Below are positions 28,229 to 38,652 of a stretch of 64,000 bases of DNA, piece after piece. This DNA comes from Alphaproteobacteria bacterium. GTDB taxonomy: Bacteria; Pseudomonadota; Alphaproteobacteria; MPNO01. Position 1 is the first letter of the stretch. Each line of letters starts with the position of its first letter. Under the pieces are notes generated by a model, which saw only the letters and a program-made list of their open reading frames with translations, made no database searches and was not told the DNA's origin. The DNA lies in contig OZ219866.1 in NCBI GenBank assembly GCA_964291675.2, positions 96,001 through 160,000 on the forward strand, given 5' to 3'. Position numbers and translations under genes: made by a program.

Positions 28229-31024
28229 TTACACCCGGAACACCTTCATCGCCTCGTCGCCGAGGTGGTTGATGACCTTGACGGCGATGCGGCCGGAGGC
28301 GGGCTTGGGGAAGGGGCGGGAGGTGTCGCTGTTCAGCGTGGCCCAAGCGTCGAGGTCGACCTCCGCCTTGAGCGTCGTCTTCAGCGCCTTGTAGGGGTCG
28401 TTCGCGCCCAGGAAGTAGGCGTGGCGGACGAAGAAGCTCTCCTCGTTGTAGTCCGTGTCGACGAACCAGCAGGCGATGCCGTCGGCACCATCGCTCCGCA
28501 CCTCGCCGGTGTTGGGATGGAAGACGTCCACCCCGTTGATCCGCACCTGGATGGCGTCGTTGCCGTCGTCCTGGATGTCGATATCGGGCTCGCCGAAGAT
28601 GACGAACAGGTTGCCCTTGCCCGTGTTCTTGAGGTCGCCGGCCATGTGCAGATCGGCGTTCATGCGTGCCTTGAGCACCGGGATGCGTCCCAGCTTCTCG
28701 AACTCGGCGGCGTGGGCGTCGTAACTGAAGGCGCAGGCGATCAACACGTCGAAGCCGGCGTCGGCGGCCTCGCGCGCGGCGGCCACCAGATCAGGCCGCG
28801 CGACGGTGCCGAACTCCGGCCCGATGAAGACGCCAGCGCGGTGCGTGGCGCCCACCTCGCCGCCGCCCTCCACGTAGCGCCCCTCGGCGCAGACATAGTG
28901 GCCGGGCCAGGGTGTGAGCGCGCTGAATTCGATGCGGTCCTCCCGGTGCGCCTGCTGTACGCCGGCCGTCCTGAGGTTCTCCAGGATCATTTCGGTGAAG
29001 TTCGCCGCCTCTCCGTAGCCGAGCTTCCGATCAACGAGGGCGGAGAACAGCTCGTCGTTCTCGTCCACCGCGAGCATCCGGTGCGGCGCCAGGCTCTCGA
29101 CTGTGAAGGGGCCGGCGACACGGATGCGCGCGTTATCGGTGTAGGGCTTGTCGTAGAGATACTCGTGGTCCGCCTTGGCGGCGATGGAGCTATCGATCTC
29201 CTCCTGCCGCGCGATCCGCGCCTCCCACCACTCGGCGTGCGCAGCCGTGGTGTCGGCGGGCCAGTCGTCGCCTGCCTCGCGCGGGATTTCCCACTCCTCC
29301 CATTGCTTGCCGAGGGCGGCGTTGAGGCGGGCGCGGAGGGGCTCCAAGGTCTCCTGCCAGCGCTGCCAGATCACGTCGATCTCGGCATTGTTGGCAATGG
29401 ATTTCAGGGTAATGTGCGGCACGCGCTCGTAGACGAAACCTTGGCGGATGTCGCCGCCGGTCGGTGCCTCCGAAGGTGCTCGCTGCGTGATCTCCGCCTC
29501 CTTCCGCTGGCCCTCGAGGCTGTCGGCGAGCAGGTACCAAGGATATCGCGCGCCCATGATGCGGGCCCGTGCCAGCGCAAGCGCCACGCGGGAGGTGTCG
29601 ATGGTGATCCAGCGCCGTCCCCATTGCTCGGAGACATAGGCTGTAGTGCCGGAGCCACAGGTTGGGTCCAGCACGAGGTCGCCGGGATCAGTGGTCATCA
29701 GGATGCAGCGTTCAACTACGCGAGTGGCCGTCTGTACAACGTAGGTTTTCTCATCTCCAAATCCGCTCTGTCTCGTGTCGTCCCAAACGTCATTGTGGGA
29801 TTGAACATCGAAATCAGAAAATGGCCTAATAAACCGAAGTGTTTTTCCGATCCCGTAGAGACGTGACGCACGATGAAGACGTTCCATACCAACCAAGTTT
29901 GTTTTCCATCCGCCTTTTCCAGGCACATATCTGTTGTCATCAAGAGAATATTCGAAAAGCGTTGTGCTACTCGATGATTGTGAGGTCATCGGATTTGCGG
30001 CTGACACCTGTACTTCGTCGGCAATACTGTCGATCTGCTTTAGTTCATCCTTGGATAATGCTCGTAACTTTCCTACACCGTCTCTTCCAAAGCGGTAATT
30101 AAAATCATCCGATGGCTGTCTCCTAAAGTACAAAGTTCTATATTTCGTTTTGTTTGCATTTTTTGCATACCATACAACTGCATCATAAGTATTATCGAGA
30201 TACAATGATCCCTTTCCAGTGGTTTTTCTGACCACCGATTGACTAATGTAATTCGCTTCTCCGAACACTTCGTCCATCAGCGCCCGGACACGATGAACGT
30301 TCTCGTCGCCGATCTGCACGAAGACCGAGCCGCTCTCAGATAACAGGTCGTGCGCCACAGTCAGCCGGTCGCGCAGATAGCTCAGGTAGGAGTGGATGCC
30401 GTCGCGCCAAGTGTCGCGGAAGGCCTTCACCTGCTCGGGCTCGCGGGTGATGTGGGTGGCGTTGCCGTCCTTCACGTCACGGCTTCTGGTGGACCACTGG
30501 AAGTTGGAGTTGAACTTGATGCCGTAGGGCGGGTCGATATAGATGCACTGCACCTTGCCGCGCAGGCCCTCGCGCTCCGCCAGCGAGGCCATCACCTGCA
30601 AGGCGTCGCCGAGGATCATGCGGTTCGACCAGTTGGCGTCGTGCTTGTAGAACTCGGTCCTGGCGGCGCCGTCGGGCAGGCCGTTGAAATCGGCGAAGAG
30701 GTCCGGCGTATCATGCGCCTCCTCGTCGCGCCGTTCCTTCGTCTGCTTCAGCAGGTCGTCGATCAGGACCTTTGGGTGCACCTTCTCTTGGATGTAGAGC
30801 GGCGGCGCCTGGACGGCCAGATCGGATACGTCCTGCTCGTACTTGCCGCGCCAGACGAGCTGCGGGTCGAGGTCGTGGTTGCGGCGCTCGTAGGCCACGC
30901 GGACCGGCGCCTTGTCCTCCTCCGCCATGACGGGGTGGTACTCTGCCGTCGGGATGTTGCGCCGCGCCACCTCACCGTGCGTGAGCGTCTCGACCGACTT
31001 GGCCTTCTTCTTGCGGCGTGCCAC
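28229..31024 (-). CDS. mod: Type III-like R-M DNA methyltransferase (Mod, beta class)
   Basis: YIDPPY precedes VLDPTCGSGTT; low-GC target-recognition segment at ~29730-30260. Confidence 0.92.
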   Translation of the reverse strand: MARRKKKAKSVETLTHGEVARRNIPTAEYHPVMAEEDKAPVRVAYERRNHDLDPQLVWRGKYEQDVSDLAVQAPPLYIQEKVHPKVLIDDLLKQTKERRDEEAHDTPDLFADFNGLPDGAARTEFYKHDANWSNRMILGDALQVMASLAEREGLRGKVQCIYIDPPYGIKFNSNFQWSTRSRDVKDGNATHITREPEQVKAFRDTWRDGIHSYLSYLRDRLTVAHDLLSESGSVFVQIGDENVHRVRALMDEVFGEANYISQSVVRKTTGKGSLYLDNTYDAVVWYAKNANKTKYRTLYFRRQPSDDFNYRFGRDGVGKLRALSKDELKQIDSIADEVQVSAANPMTSQSSSSTTLFEYSLDDNRYVPGKGGWKTNLVGMERLHRASRLYGIGKTLRFIRPFSDFDVQSHNDVWDDTRQSGFGDEKTYVVQTATRVVERCILMTTDPGDLVLDPTCGSGTTAYVSEQWGRRWITIDTSRVALALARARIMGARYPWYLLADSLEGQRKEAEITQRAPSEAPTGGDIRQGFVYERVPHITLKSIANNAEIDVIWQRWQETLEPLRARLNAALGKQWEEWEIPREAGDDWPADTTAAHAEWWEARIARQEEIDSSIAAKADHEYLYDKPYTDNARIRVAGPFTVESLAPHRMLAVDENDELFSALVDRKLGYGEAANFTEMILENLRTAGVQQAHREDRIEFSALTPWPGHYVCAEGRYVEGGGEVGATHRAGVFIGPEFGTVARPDLVAAAREAADAGFDVLIACAFSYDAHAAEFEKLGRIPVLKARMNADLHMAGDLKNTGKGNLFVIFGEPDIDIQDDGNDAIQVRINGVDVFHPNTGEVRSDGADGIACWFVDTDYNEESFFVRHAYFLGANDPYKALKTTLKAEVDLDAWATLNSDTSRPFPKPASGRIAVKVINHLGDEAMKVFRV

Positions 31025-31027
31025 GGA

Positions 31028-31243
31028 TCAGCCAACCCTGGTCGAGCACAATGGCAGGGCCTCAGTCTCCAGCGTCGAGAAATCGAGGCGCCGGGACGCA
31101 TTGTCGATGTCGAAACCCACAACTTCGCCGTCCCCGTCGAGATCGACGTTCAGGCCGTCCGAGACCTCGCGCGTCTCCGCGCCCGGTCCAGCCTTGAACT
31201 CGACGTAGAGGCTGTCGGTCTCGGGATAGTAGTGCAGCTTCAT
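31028..31243 (-). CDS. DUF2283-family small antitoxin-like protein
   Basis: MKLHYYPETDSLYVEF...NVDLDGDGEVVGFDI. Confidence 0.85.
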   Translation of the reverse strand: MKLHYYPETDSLYVEFKAGPGAETREVSDGLNVDLDGDGEVVGFDIDNASRRLDFSTLETEALPLCSTRVG

Positions 31244-31490
31244 TCTTCGTCCCTCTTGAACCTTCGATCAAAGAACGCGTTGTAGACTGTCTCGCCGTCG
31301 GCCAGCGTCACCACACGGAGGATGCGCGGTGCGCCTCGCCAGCGCGTGTTACCTCACCCCAGAAGCGAATGCGGCCATCCGGCTGCACGTCGCGACGAAG
31401 GGGCCCAGCGATAACGGCAGCGCACCACGCCGGATCAATATAGGGTCTCTTGCGTCGTACCTGCTCCTCAAAGTAGCGCGTCGTCTTCAT
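31240..31490 (-). CDS. Small toxin-like partner of DUF2283, split by a 1-nt frameshift at ~31331
   Basis: MKTTRYFEEQVRRKRPYI...QPDGRIRFWG continues in the -1 frame as PRILRVVTLADGETVYNAFFDRRFK; the stop overlaps the DUF2283 ATG; span 251 nt (3n-1). Confidence 0.75.
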
Positions 31491-34400
31491 GCGGCAGCAT
31501 CTTCGGGAAGATAGCTGCTGACAAGCGCGCCGAACTCCGATTCAAACTCGTAGACATCCGTGAATTCGGCGAAAGACCAGCGGCCGAAGGTGCCGAGCGC
31601 GTTCACCCCCGGCACCCAGTAGGTCTCCATGGTTGCCTTCTTGACCTTGGCGTCCGCACGCCGGTAGCCCTTGATCTCGACGATCAGGTGCAGTGGGTCG
31701 TCGTCGCCCCGCCCATCGTCCACCAGCACGATGAAGTCGGGGATGTAGGTCCCTGCCTCGCCGCCGAGACGGTATGGCACCTCCAACCCGAGCCCGTGGT
31801 TCTTCACGTAAGCGCGGACGCGGGGGTGTCCCTCGGCGACAGGACAGAACACAGCCTCCCAGTCGCTGTCGCAGACGATATAGTTGATGTGGCAACAGCG
31901 CGCGTCGGTCTTGTAGACCGTTTTCGAGGTCGTGAAGTGGACATGCCTCGTCGAGCCTGCTGCGTTGTATGGGTCGAGCACGGCCTTGACCGGGCGTTCA
32001 TCCACATGACGCTCGACGATGCCCCGCGTGATGCGCTCGCACGCCATGTCGGCAAGCGTCAGATACATCAGCTGCGCCGGGTAGGTGCCCCCCTTGCAGA
32101 CCAGGTGATTGTCGAGCCACTGGCGTGCGACCCGCTTGAGTTGTCCGAACAGGTGCAGCCTTGGCTCCTCGCCCGGGTCGCGCCATTTCGTCTCTAGCAG
32201 GCGCTTAGTGAGGTGAAACAACAGGGTCGAGTGCCGAAGGTCGCGCGTGTGCACTAGGTTGAGGTCAACCCCTTCGCCGATGATGCCTTCATTGCGGGTG
32301 ACGGAGGGGCCGACGAGGTCAGGAGTCAGCACCAGTGTGTCATCGTCATTGAAGGCCGCCTGAAGACGCTCCTCCGGCAACTCCACGCGGTAGCCCTGGA
32401 CGCGGGGGAAGCGAATTTCGCAACGGTCACGCTCCGGCGTGACCGCCTTGACCTGCACGGTCCGGCGGGGCGGCTGCGGCCTGGCGATCACGGGCTTCGC
32501 CGTGAAGTCGAAGGGGATGCCGAGCACGTCGGCGTAGTCGACCGGAAAGAATCCATCCTCGCCTAGCTCGTAGGACTGCCGGCGCAATGCCCGGCCCACC
32601 GCCTGCTCGCACAGGAGCTGCGTGCCGAAGGCCCGCACGCCGAGCACGTGGGTAACGGTGTTGGCGTCCCACCCTTCCGTCAGCATCGAGACCGAGACGA
32701 CGCAGCGGATCGTCTCACCTAGTTGGTCTTTCTTGCCGACGGTATTCATCACCTCGCGCAGCAGGTCCTGGTCGGAAAGGTTGTCGCCGGCCCGGATGTC
32801 GCCGGTGCGCTGTATGCGTTCGCGGCGGAAACGGTCGATTTCATCTGCCGCCATGGCGCGGAAATCACGATCAAGTGCCTCCCCCGACTCAAGCTGGGTG
32901 CTGTCGATCAGCAGCGTGCGTGGGCGCGCGATCGCGTTGCCGTAGTCATCGAAATTGCGGAACAGCTCCAGGCGGCCATTCTCCAGCGTCGTGGAGCCGT
33001 CCGGGTTCTCGCGGTGGAAGCCGGCGATGTAGTCGTAGATCAGCTTCGAGGTCGAGGTGTTGTTGCAGACAACGATGAAGCAAGGCGGGACCTCGATGTC
33101 GGCGTTGTCCCACAGCGCGAAGGTTTCTTTGTAGTGTCCGTAGAGGGCTTGCAGAGCCGTCTGCAGCGTCACAGGAATCTGCAACGGATCGAGGTTGGCG
33201 GCCTTGCCGCGGCCCTTCCTCGGCATGTCCCTCCGGATGTGCTCCCACAGGTTGCGAAATTTCGGCATGTCGCCGCCGGGAATGTTGTCGGCCACCGGCA
33301 CCCGGGGCAGCTTGACGATGCCGCACTCGATGGCGTCCATGAGCGAGAAGTCGCTCATCGTCCAAGGGAAGAGCGTCCCTTCCGCGTAGCCCGAGCCGCG
33401 CAGGAAGAACGGCGTCGCCGAGAGATCGATCACCCGGGCGAGGCCGAGCCTCTGGCCAACCGCTTCCAGCCCGGATATCCAGAGCCTCGCGGCCTCTCGA
33501 TTCTTCTCGGCTTCCTTGCGGTCCTCGCCCTTCAGATCGCCTTCGTCGTCCTCGCCGGGCTTTTCGCGGTAGCAATGGTGGGCCTCGTCGTTCAGCGCCA
33601 GCACGTTCCTCATGCCCATGAGCTCGGGCATGACCCGCTGGAGCATCTGTCCTTCGCTCTCGGTCGACTTCAGGTCGGGACCGCGGCCCTGGAGGAGGGC
33701 ACGACCGCCCCTGGAGACCTCCATCGTCTCGCGGCGCTTGAAGGCGTGGAAGTTGGTGATGACGATCTTCGCTCGCTCGAGATCGCCCAGCATGTCGCCC
33801 GGCACGAGTTCCCGGCTCCGGTAGTAGCTGTCCGGGTCGTTGGGCTGGAGTACGCGGAGCCGGTCCTTGATGGTGATGCCGGGGGTGACGATCAGGAAGC
33901 CCCGTGTGAAGCGCCGGCTGCCGGGGCGGCGCACCGCATTGATCGTCTGCCACGCGATGATCATGGCCATGACTGTGGTCTTGCCGGCCCCAGTGGCGAG
34001 CTTCAGCGCAAGCCGGCTCAGGTCGGGGTTCGCCTCATCGTTGGCTTGGCCGAGGTGTTCTAGGAACTGCCGTCCGGCACCGAGATTGGGCGCGACTTCG
34101 GTCAGCCAGATCACCGTCTCCACCGCCTCGACCTGGCAGAAGAACGGGCGGATGTCGTTGAACCTGTGGTGACGCCAATGGTGCAACAGCCGGGCCGTCT
34201 CCGGCGTTACGCGCCACTCGCCGAGGTCGGTCAGCGCCCGCCAGCGGTCGACGGCGTTGCGGACGCTGTTGATCGTCTGCGCCAGCTCGTATTGCTGGTC
34301 CTCGGTCGCGACCCGCTGTGCCTCCTCGTCGAACCCCAACGCCTGCTGACCTTGAGCGGCTTTGCCCTTCTTCGGCTTGGGGATCGGAGTGATGAACGAG

Positions 34401-34534
34401 ACTTGGCGCCGTCGATCGAGGATGCGGTTGGTGGGCTGGCCGCTCTGGTCAAGCTCCCAGTGCCGCGCCGGATACTCATAGGGTGAATTGAGGATCGGGC
34501 GGTCGAAGAACTGCTCGTTCGTGTCCATGTCCAT
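31487..34534 (-). CDS. res: Type III-like restriction endonuclease/helicase (Res)
   Basis: LATGAGKT, DEAHH, SAT, MLTEGWD; C-terminal YIPDF...IVEIKG nuclease. Confidence 0.92.
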   Translation of the reverse strand: MDMDTNEQFFDRPILNSPYEYPARHWELDQSGQPTNRILDRRRQVSFITPIPKPKKGKAAQGQQALGFDEEAQRVATEDQQYELAQTINSVRNAVDRWRALTDLGEWRVTPETARLLHHWRHHRFNDIRPFFCQVEAVETVIWLTEVAPNLGAGRQFLEHLGQANDEANPDLSRLALKLATGAGKTTVMAMIIAWQTINAVRRPGSRRFTRGFLIVTPGITIKDRLRVLQPNDPDSYYRSRELVPGDMLGDLERAKIVITNFHAFKRRETMEVSRGGRALLQGRGPDLKSTESEGQMLQRVMPELMGMRNVLALNDEAHHCYREKPGEDDEGDLKGEDRKEAEKNREAARLWISGLEAVGQRLGLARVIDLSATPFFLRGSGYAEGTLFPWTMSDFSLMDAIECGIVKLPRVPVADNIPGGDMPKFRNLWEHIRRDMPRKGRGKAANLDPLQIPVTLQTALQALYGHYKETFALWDNADIEVPPCFIVVCNNTSTSKLIYDYIAGFHRENPDGSTTLENGRLELFRNFDDYGNAIARPRTLLIDSTQLESGEALDRDFRAMAADEIDRFRRERIQRTGDIRAGDNLSDQDLLREVMNTVGKKDQLGETIRCVVSVSMLTEGWDANTVTHVLGVRAFGTQLLCEQAVGRALRRQSYELGEDGFFPVDYADVLGIPFDFTAKPVIARPQPPRRTVQVKAVTPERDRCEIRFPRVQGYRVELPEERLQAAFNDDDTLVLTPDLVGPSVTRNEGIIGEGVDLNLVHTRDLRHSTLLFHLTKRLLETKWRDPGEEPRLHLFGQLKRVARQWLDNHLVCKGGTYPAQLMYLTLADMACERITRGIVERHVDERPVKAVLDPYNAAGSTRHVHFTTSKTVYKTDARCCHINYIVCDSDWEAVFCPVAEGHPRVRAYVKNHGLGLEVPYRLGGEAGTYIPDFIVLVDDGRGDDDPLHLIVEIKGYRRADAKVKKATMETYWVPGVNALGTFGRWSFAEFTDVYEFESEFGALVSSYLPEDAAA

Positions 34535-34694
34535 CCACGGTCCCGGTCAGGAATTCCATGGGCTGTGAGGGTCGCGACTGCAACACCTTCAAGCTACAGC
34601 AGCCAATCGGACCATTCTAGGTGAGGCTTATGACTTCGGTTCGAGCATGGCGTGCCATCGCCCTTGTCGGCGGAGCAGGGCGCGGTGAGCAAGA

Positions 34695-34934
34695 TCCGCA
34701 CTCTCCAGGGTGCGCGAAGTGCTGGCGGAGGACGACCGGCACATGGCGGAAGCCCTGGTGCCCGAGCGCAAGGGCGATGATCCGCGCCGGAGGCAGGAGC
34801 GCATCGCCACCCTTCTCGACGACCCGGAGAAACTGCGCGAGCTGTACAAGCGTCAGATTGAGCGGAGGGAGGCGCGCAAGGCCGCCCGGCACCGGCGCAA
34901 GGGGCGCTACCGGGTTAGAGGCATGCGTATGTAG
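34695..34934 (+). pseudogene. Orphan 3' fragment of a paralogous relaxase
   Basis: SALSRVREVLAEDDRHMAEALVPERKGDDPRRR...YRVRGMRM* closely matches the last ~79 aa of 47336..52258, in inverted orientation. Confidence 0.88.
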
Positions 34935-35163
34935 ACCGACCGGGACGGGACCGCAACGAGATCATTCCCTCCCTGCCCCAGCCTCCGTGGTCTTGCTCAT
35001 CGTATCCAGCGCTGCGAACAAGGGCGACGGCACCCTCGATGTCGGATCCCTGTCCTGCATCGACTGATGGACAGGGTTACTTTGGTCGAAGGTCGCTCGC
35101 CCCCGCAGGTGTTGACAGATATCTTCCAGGCGTCTGATAGGCGATAAGGAAGGTTCAGGAACG

Positions 35164-36093
35164 ATGAACCGCCAAGACCCTTCAGGCGCTCCGTGCGCCA
35201 TGGCTCCCGGGCTGTTTCCATCCGATGCGGCGTGGGCTCGAACGCAGGTTCTCGATGCCGAGGCGACCGGGGTGGGCGAATTCGATCTCGATGAATTCGG
35301 GCGATATCGCCGCATCCGGATCCTCACCTACTCTTCGAGCACGCAGATGCTGAGCACCGTTCTCGAGCGGTTCGAGGAAGCACGCGTCGAGTGTGTGCTC
35401 GGCTATTCGCGGGCCGTGAACGACATGGCCGCGATCATCGCCCTGCAGACCGCCGCGATGGAGGATGTCCGCAGTGCCCTTCGCGGCCTGTCCGCGCCGC
35501 GCCGCGATAAAGTGCTCCTGCGGGTTCGGGAAGGACGCCTGCAGGTTCGGGTGGTGGAAGGACATGTCTCGCACGCGAAGATCTTCCTTCTTTCGGAGGG
35601 GCCGGACGGCGACCGCTACGTGCTGACGGGCTCCGCCAACTTCTCGACATCGGCGCTGCTCGGCGACCAGCACGAGGTGCTCATCCGGTTTCGCGACGAC
35701 CGCGCCTGGAAGCACTTCGAAGGCCAGTATCTGGAGGTCCGGGACCATGCCTCCGCCGAAGTGCCGATCGCAAGGCTTGCGGAGGATCGGGTCGACCCGG
35801 CCAAGGAGGTGCCGCCGAAGGCAGCGCCGGTGTTGGCTCCCGGACGCGGCGCGCAGGTCGTACAGCTTGCTCAGCCGACGGAGTCGGATGACTCCGTGGA
35901 GCGCGGCCGTCGGGTGGAGAAGCGCTACGATGTGGTGCTGCCGGCGCTGCCGAAGGAGACGCGGGGCACCGGAAAGGCGACGCTCAAACTCGACGGGACG
36001 ATACGAAAACACTTCTCCGGGCTCATCCGGCACCAGACTCGGCGACTGGACCCCACCCATCCGACCTTTTCCCTGGATACGGCGTCGCAGTAA
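35164..36093 (+). CDS. Phospholipase D-family nuclease domain protein, probably 3'-truncated
   Basis: SHAKIFLL...GSANFS...E motif; ends abruptly at an AT-rich junction. Confidence 0.7.
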   Translation: MNRQDPSGAPCAMAPGLFPSDAAWARTQVLDAEATGVGEFDLDEFGRYRRIRILTYSSSTQMLSTVLERFEEARVECVLGYSRAVNDMAAIIALQTAAMEDVRSALRGLSAPRRDKVLLRVREGRLQVRVVEGHVSHAKIFLLSEGPDGDRYVLTGSANFSTSALLGDQHEVLIRFRDDRAWKHFEGQYLEVRDHASAEVPIARLAEDRVDPAKEVPPKAAPVLAPGRGAQVVQLAQPTESDDSVERGRRVEKRYDVVLPALPKETRGTGKATLKLDGTIRKHFSGLIRHQTRRLDPTHPTFSLDTASQ

Positions 36094-36320
36094 TTCCTCA
36101 GACATTGAGAACCCTTCGTTACTATGTAAACAGAATTACTAAATATGGCTGAGGTGTGACATGACAGATAAGCAAAGCTCTCTGGAGCAAAATATCGAGG
36201 TGCCTAAGGTCAGTTTGACCCATATTCGAGGTATTGATTCCGATGAGCCAATGGTCAGCTTCACTTGGAGTAGGCCAGACTGAATGCCCAGGATCTTTCG
36301 GAACGACAGGTCGGGCAATA

Positions 36321-37169
36321 ATGATCAGACTCGTCAGCTGGAATATCGACAAGCAGTCGGAGCCGTGGTGTGAGCTGGCGGAAATGGCGCGCCGCGGGGA
36401 GGCGGATGTCGCGCTGTTGCAGGAGGCCGGTCGACCGCCCGACGACGTGAGCCATCTGCTCCACTATGAGGACGACGTCTTCTGGGACCGGTCCTTTTAC
36501 GACCGCTGGCCGCTGGTCGTACAGTTGTCCGATCGGGTCGAGGTCGAGTGGTTCCGGCAGGTTCCGCCGTTCAGCGAGTTGGACGAGCGCGATATCGGCG
36601 TGACCGGCATCGGAACGATCGCCGTCGCGAGAGTGACACCGCGGGGCCAACCGCAGGAAGCGTTCGTGGCCGCGTCCATGTATGCGCGGTGGATGAGGGC
36701 TCATCCGTCCGCCGGAAAACGTCCCGGCCTCTCCGCCGACGGCTCGGCGCACCGCATCCTCTCGGACTTGATGGCATTCATCGACTACGACGATCCATCC
36801 CGCCACCGCATTCTTGCCGCGGGCGATCTGAATCTGATCTACGGCTCGACCGGTCGAACCAAGACATATCTTCAGCGCGAGCGCACGGTTTGGGACCGCT
36901 TCGAGGCGCTCGGCCTGGCGTTTCTCGGGCCGCAGGCGCCGAACGGCCGGCCAGCGTCGTCGCCCCAGCCGGCCGTTGCAACCGACACGCGGAACGTCCC
37001 CACGTACCACACCTCTTCGCAATCTCCAGCCACGGCCGACCGCCAACTCGACTACGCCTTCGCGTCGCGCGGATTTCACGAACAGATAAGGGTTCGCGCG
37101 ATGAACGGGGTCGACGAATGGGGATCGAGCGACCATTGCAGGCTGCTGATCGAGATCGCCAACGGATGA
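36321..37169 (+). CDS. Endonuclease/exonuclease/phosphatase (EEP) family protein
   Basis: LVSWNI, LLQE, AGDLN, LDY, SDH motifs. Confidence 0.9.
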   Translation: MIRLVSWNIDKQSEPWCELAEMARRGEADVALLQEAGRPPDDVSHLLHYEDDVFWDRSFYDRWPLVVQLSDRVEVEWFRQVPPFSELDERDIGVTGIGTIAVARVTPRGQPQEAFVAASMYARWMRAHPSAGKRPGLSADGSAHRILSDLMAFIDYDDPSRHRILAAGDLNLIYGSTGRTKTYLQRERTVWDRFEALGLAFLGPQAPNGRPASSPQPAVATDTRNVPTYHTSSQSPATADRQLDYAFASRGFHEQIRVRAMNGVDEWGSSDHCRLLIEIANG

Positions 37170-37579
37170 CGTAAGACCTTCGTCTTCCTGCCGATCGCGG
37201 TCTCGCTTATGGGCTTGGCCTGCTTAGAAAGTGGGAGATTTCGTCAGCGACAACCCCGAAGGGTGTCGTGTCCTTCAAGTCTTCTCCCATAACGTGTCGG
37301 ACCAGCCGCAACAGCGTCGGCGCATCGATTCTTCGATCCGAAGCCCGGCAGACACGCAGATTTGCCTCATGACCGCCGCAGTCATTGCAGCGGGCGTCGT
37401 CGTCTCTCGATGGCACGAACAGCCACCCACAGTCGCTCTTGCATTCTTTCAGCTTCATTTTCCACTCCCATTTATCGGGCTGATCTAGGCCCACCAGCTT
37501 GCGCGCCTCTACCGCGGCCGCTAGACGCTGACCAACACTTTCTTACGGCCGCGACTGGCTACTGTCACCTCGCCCCAAA

Positions 37580-38092
37580 TGCAGCGCATGTCCGTCACGC
37601 CGATCGCCAGCCATACCCGAGTCGAGGATGGGACCGGGATCATCCGTCCAGCGCCCGCACCACCCGGCACAGCGCCTCCACGTCGAACGACCTGCTCGCG
37701 CTCACCCGGTGACCGCTCGGCAGCGCAATCTCGATCCGACCATCCGACGCCGAGGCCGGCTCCGCCACTACCGGCAGGAAGGACAGCGCACCCCCCACCA
37801 TCCTCCGTCGGCCGGTAGCGCGGATCGCGGCGCCACTTAAAGATCGGGTTGGCGTTGATGTCGTAACGGCGCCCAACCTGGGACACCGAAACTCCCGGCG
37901 CGTAGATCTGCGCCACGATCCGGCGCTTCTCATCCTCCGACCAGAAACGGCGTGTCCGACGCGCCACCGCAAAGCCTCCTCCGATGGTGCCCACTAACCG
38001 ATGGTGGACACCATCGACCTCCGAACCATCCCGTCGGAAACTGAAGTTTCAAACAGATACGCCGCAAGGCCAGTCACGCCAGACGGTCTTAC
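37580..38092 (-). mobile_element. Degenerate IS66 remnant (frameshifted tnpA, first ~20 codons of tnpB)
   Basis: RRFWSEDEKRRIVAQ..PGVSVSQVGRRY; MIPVPSSTRVWLAIGVTDMR; IR-like GTAAGACCGTC at 38092. A possible partner GTAAGACC at 37171 has no target duplication. Confidence 0.8.
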
Positions 38093-38132
38093 ATCGATAA
38101 TGCCTGACTCTCGATTCCACCGTAGGACGGAC

Positions 38133-38652
38133 TCAGATCTCAAGTAACATGTCCAATGTCTGTTCTTCGATACTCTCCAGCGCACCTAAATCCACGACCA
38201 CGGAATAGTCTGCTCGCATTAAGAGTGCTGTCGGCAAACTTTCCCGATAGGCCCCTTCCACTCCCGGGACGATGTTACCTGCCCATGCCCGATCCAATTG
38301 CTACACGCCGGTCCACCTCCTTATTCCACAACACCCTCAGCGCCTCCGCTTCAACTATTTGGTTTGCTCCGGCTTTGCGATTGACCTCCAACCATGCGGA
38401 TAGGTCCGCATCGTGAGTCGCTCCGAACCACTGCGCCCAGATATTCCACTGGTTCCATTCGTCCCTCGCGGTTGGTCCAAAGTTAAAGAGACTTACCCAA
38501 CCACGCGCGCTGACAAACGAACTCCGGTGTCGGTTTCCTGGCTTGATAAATCCGTCCCGCTTGATCCCCCGAAGTCCGTCCACGCTTGTCGCATGCCATA
38601 GTCTCCCGTCCAGTACGGCCCAGGCTCCAGGTCCACATCCCGGATCTCTCAC
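38133..38652 (-). pseudogene. Hypothetical protein with ADP-ribosyltransferase-like first motif, apparently frameshifted at ~38280
   Basis: LWHATSVDGLRGIKRDGFIKP...VSLF; +1 frame continuation GNIVPGVEGAYRESLP. Confidence 0.4.

Noticed and set aside
34695-34934. Diversity-generating retroelement template/variable repeat pair with the relaxase 3' end
   Set aside because: Differences are not adenine-specific, and no reverse transcriptase is present in the window.
37171-38092. Complete miniature IS66 derivative bounded by GTAAGACC
   Set aside because: The match is only ~8 bp and the flanking 8-mers (CGGATGAC vs ATCGATAA) are not duplicated. The internal 37207..37494 ORF has no recognisable motif.
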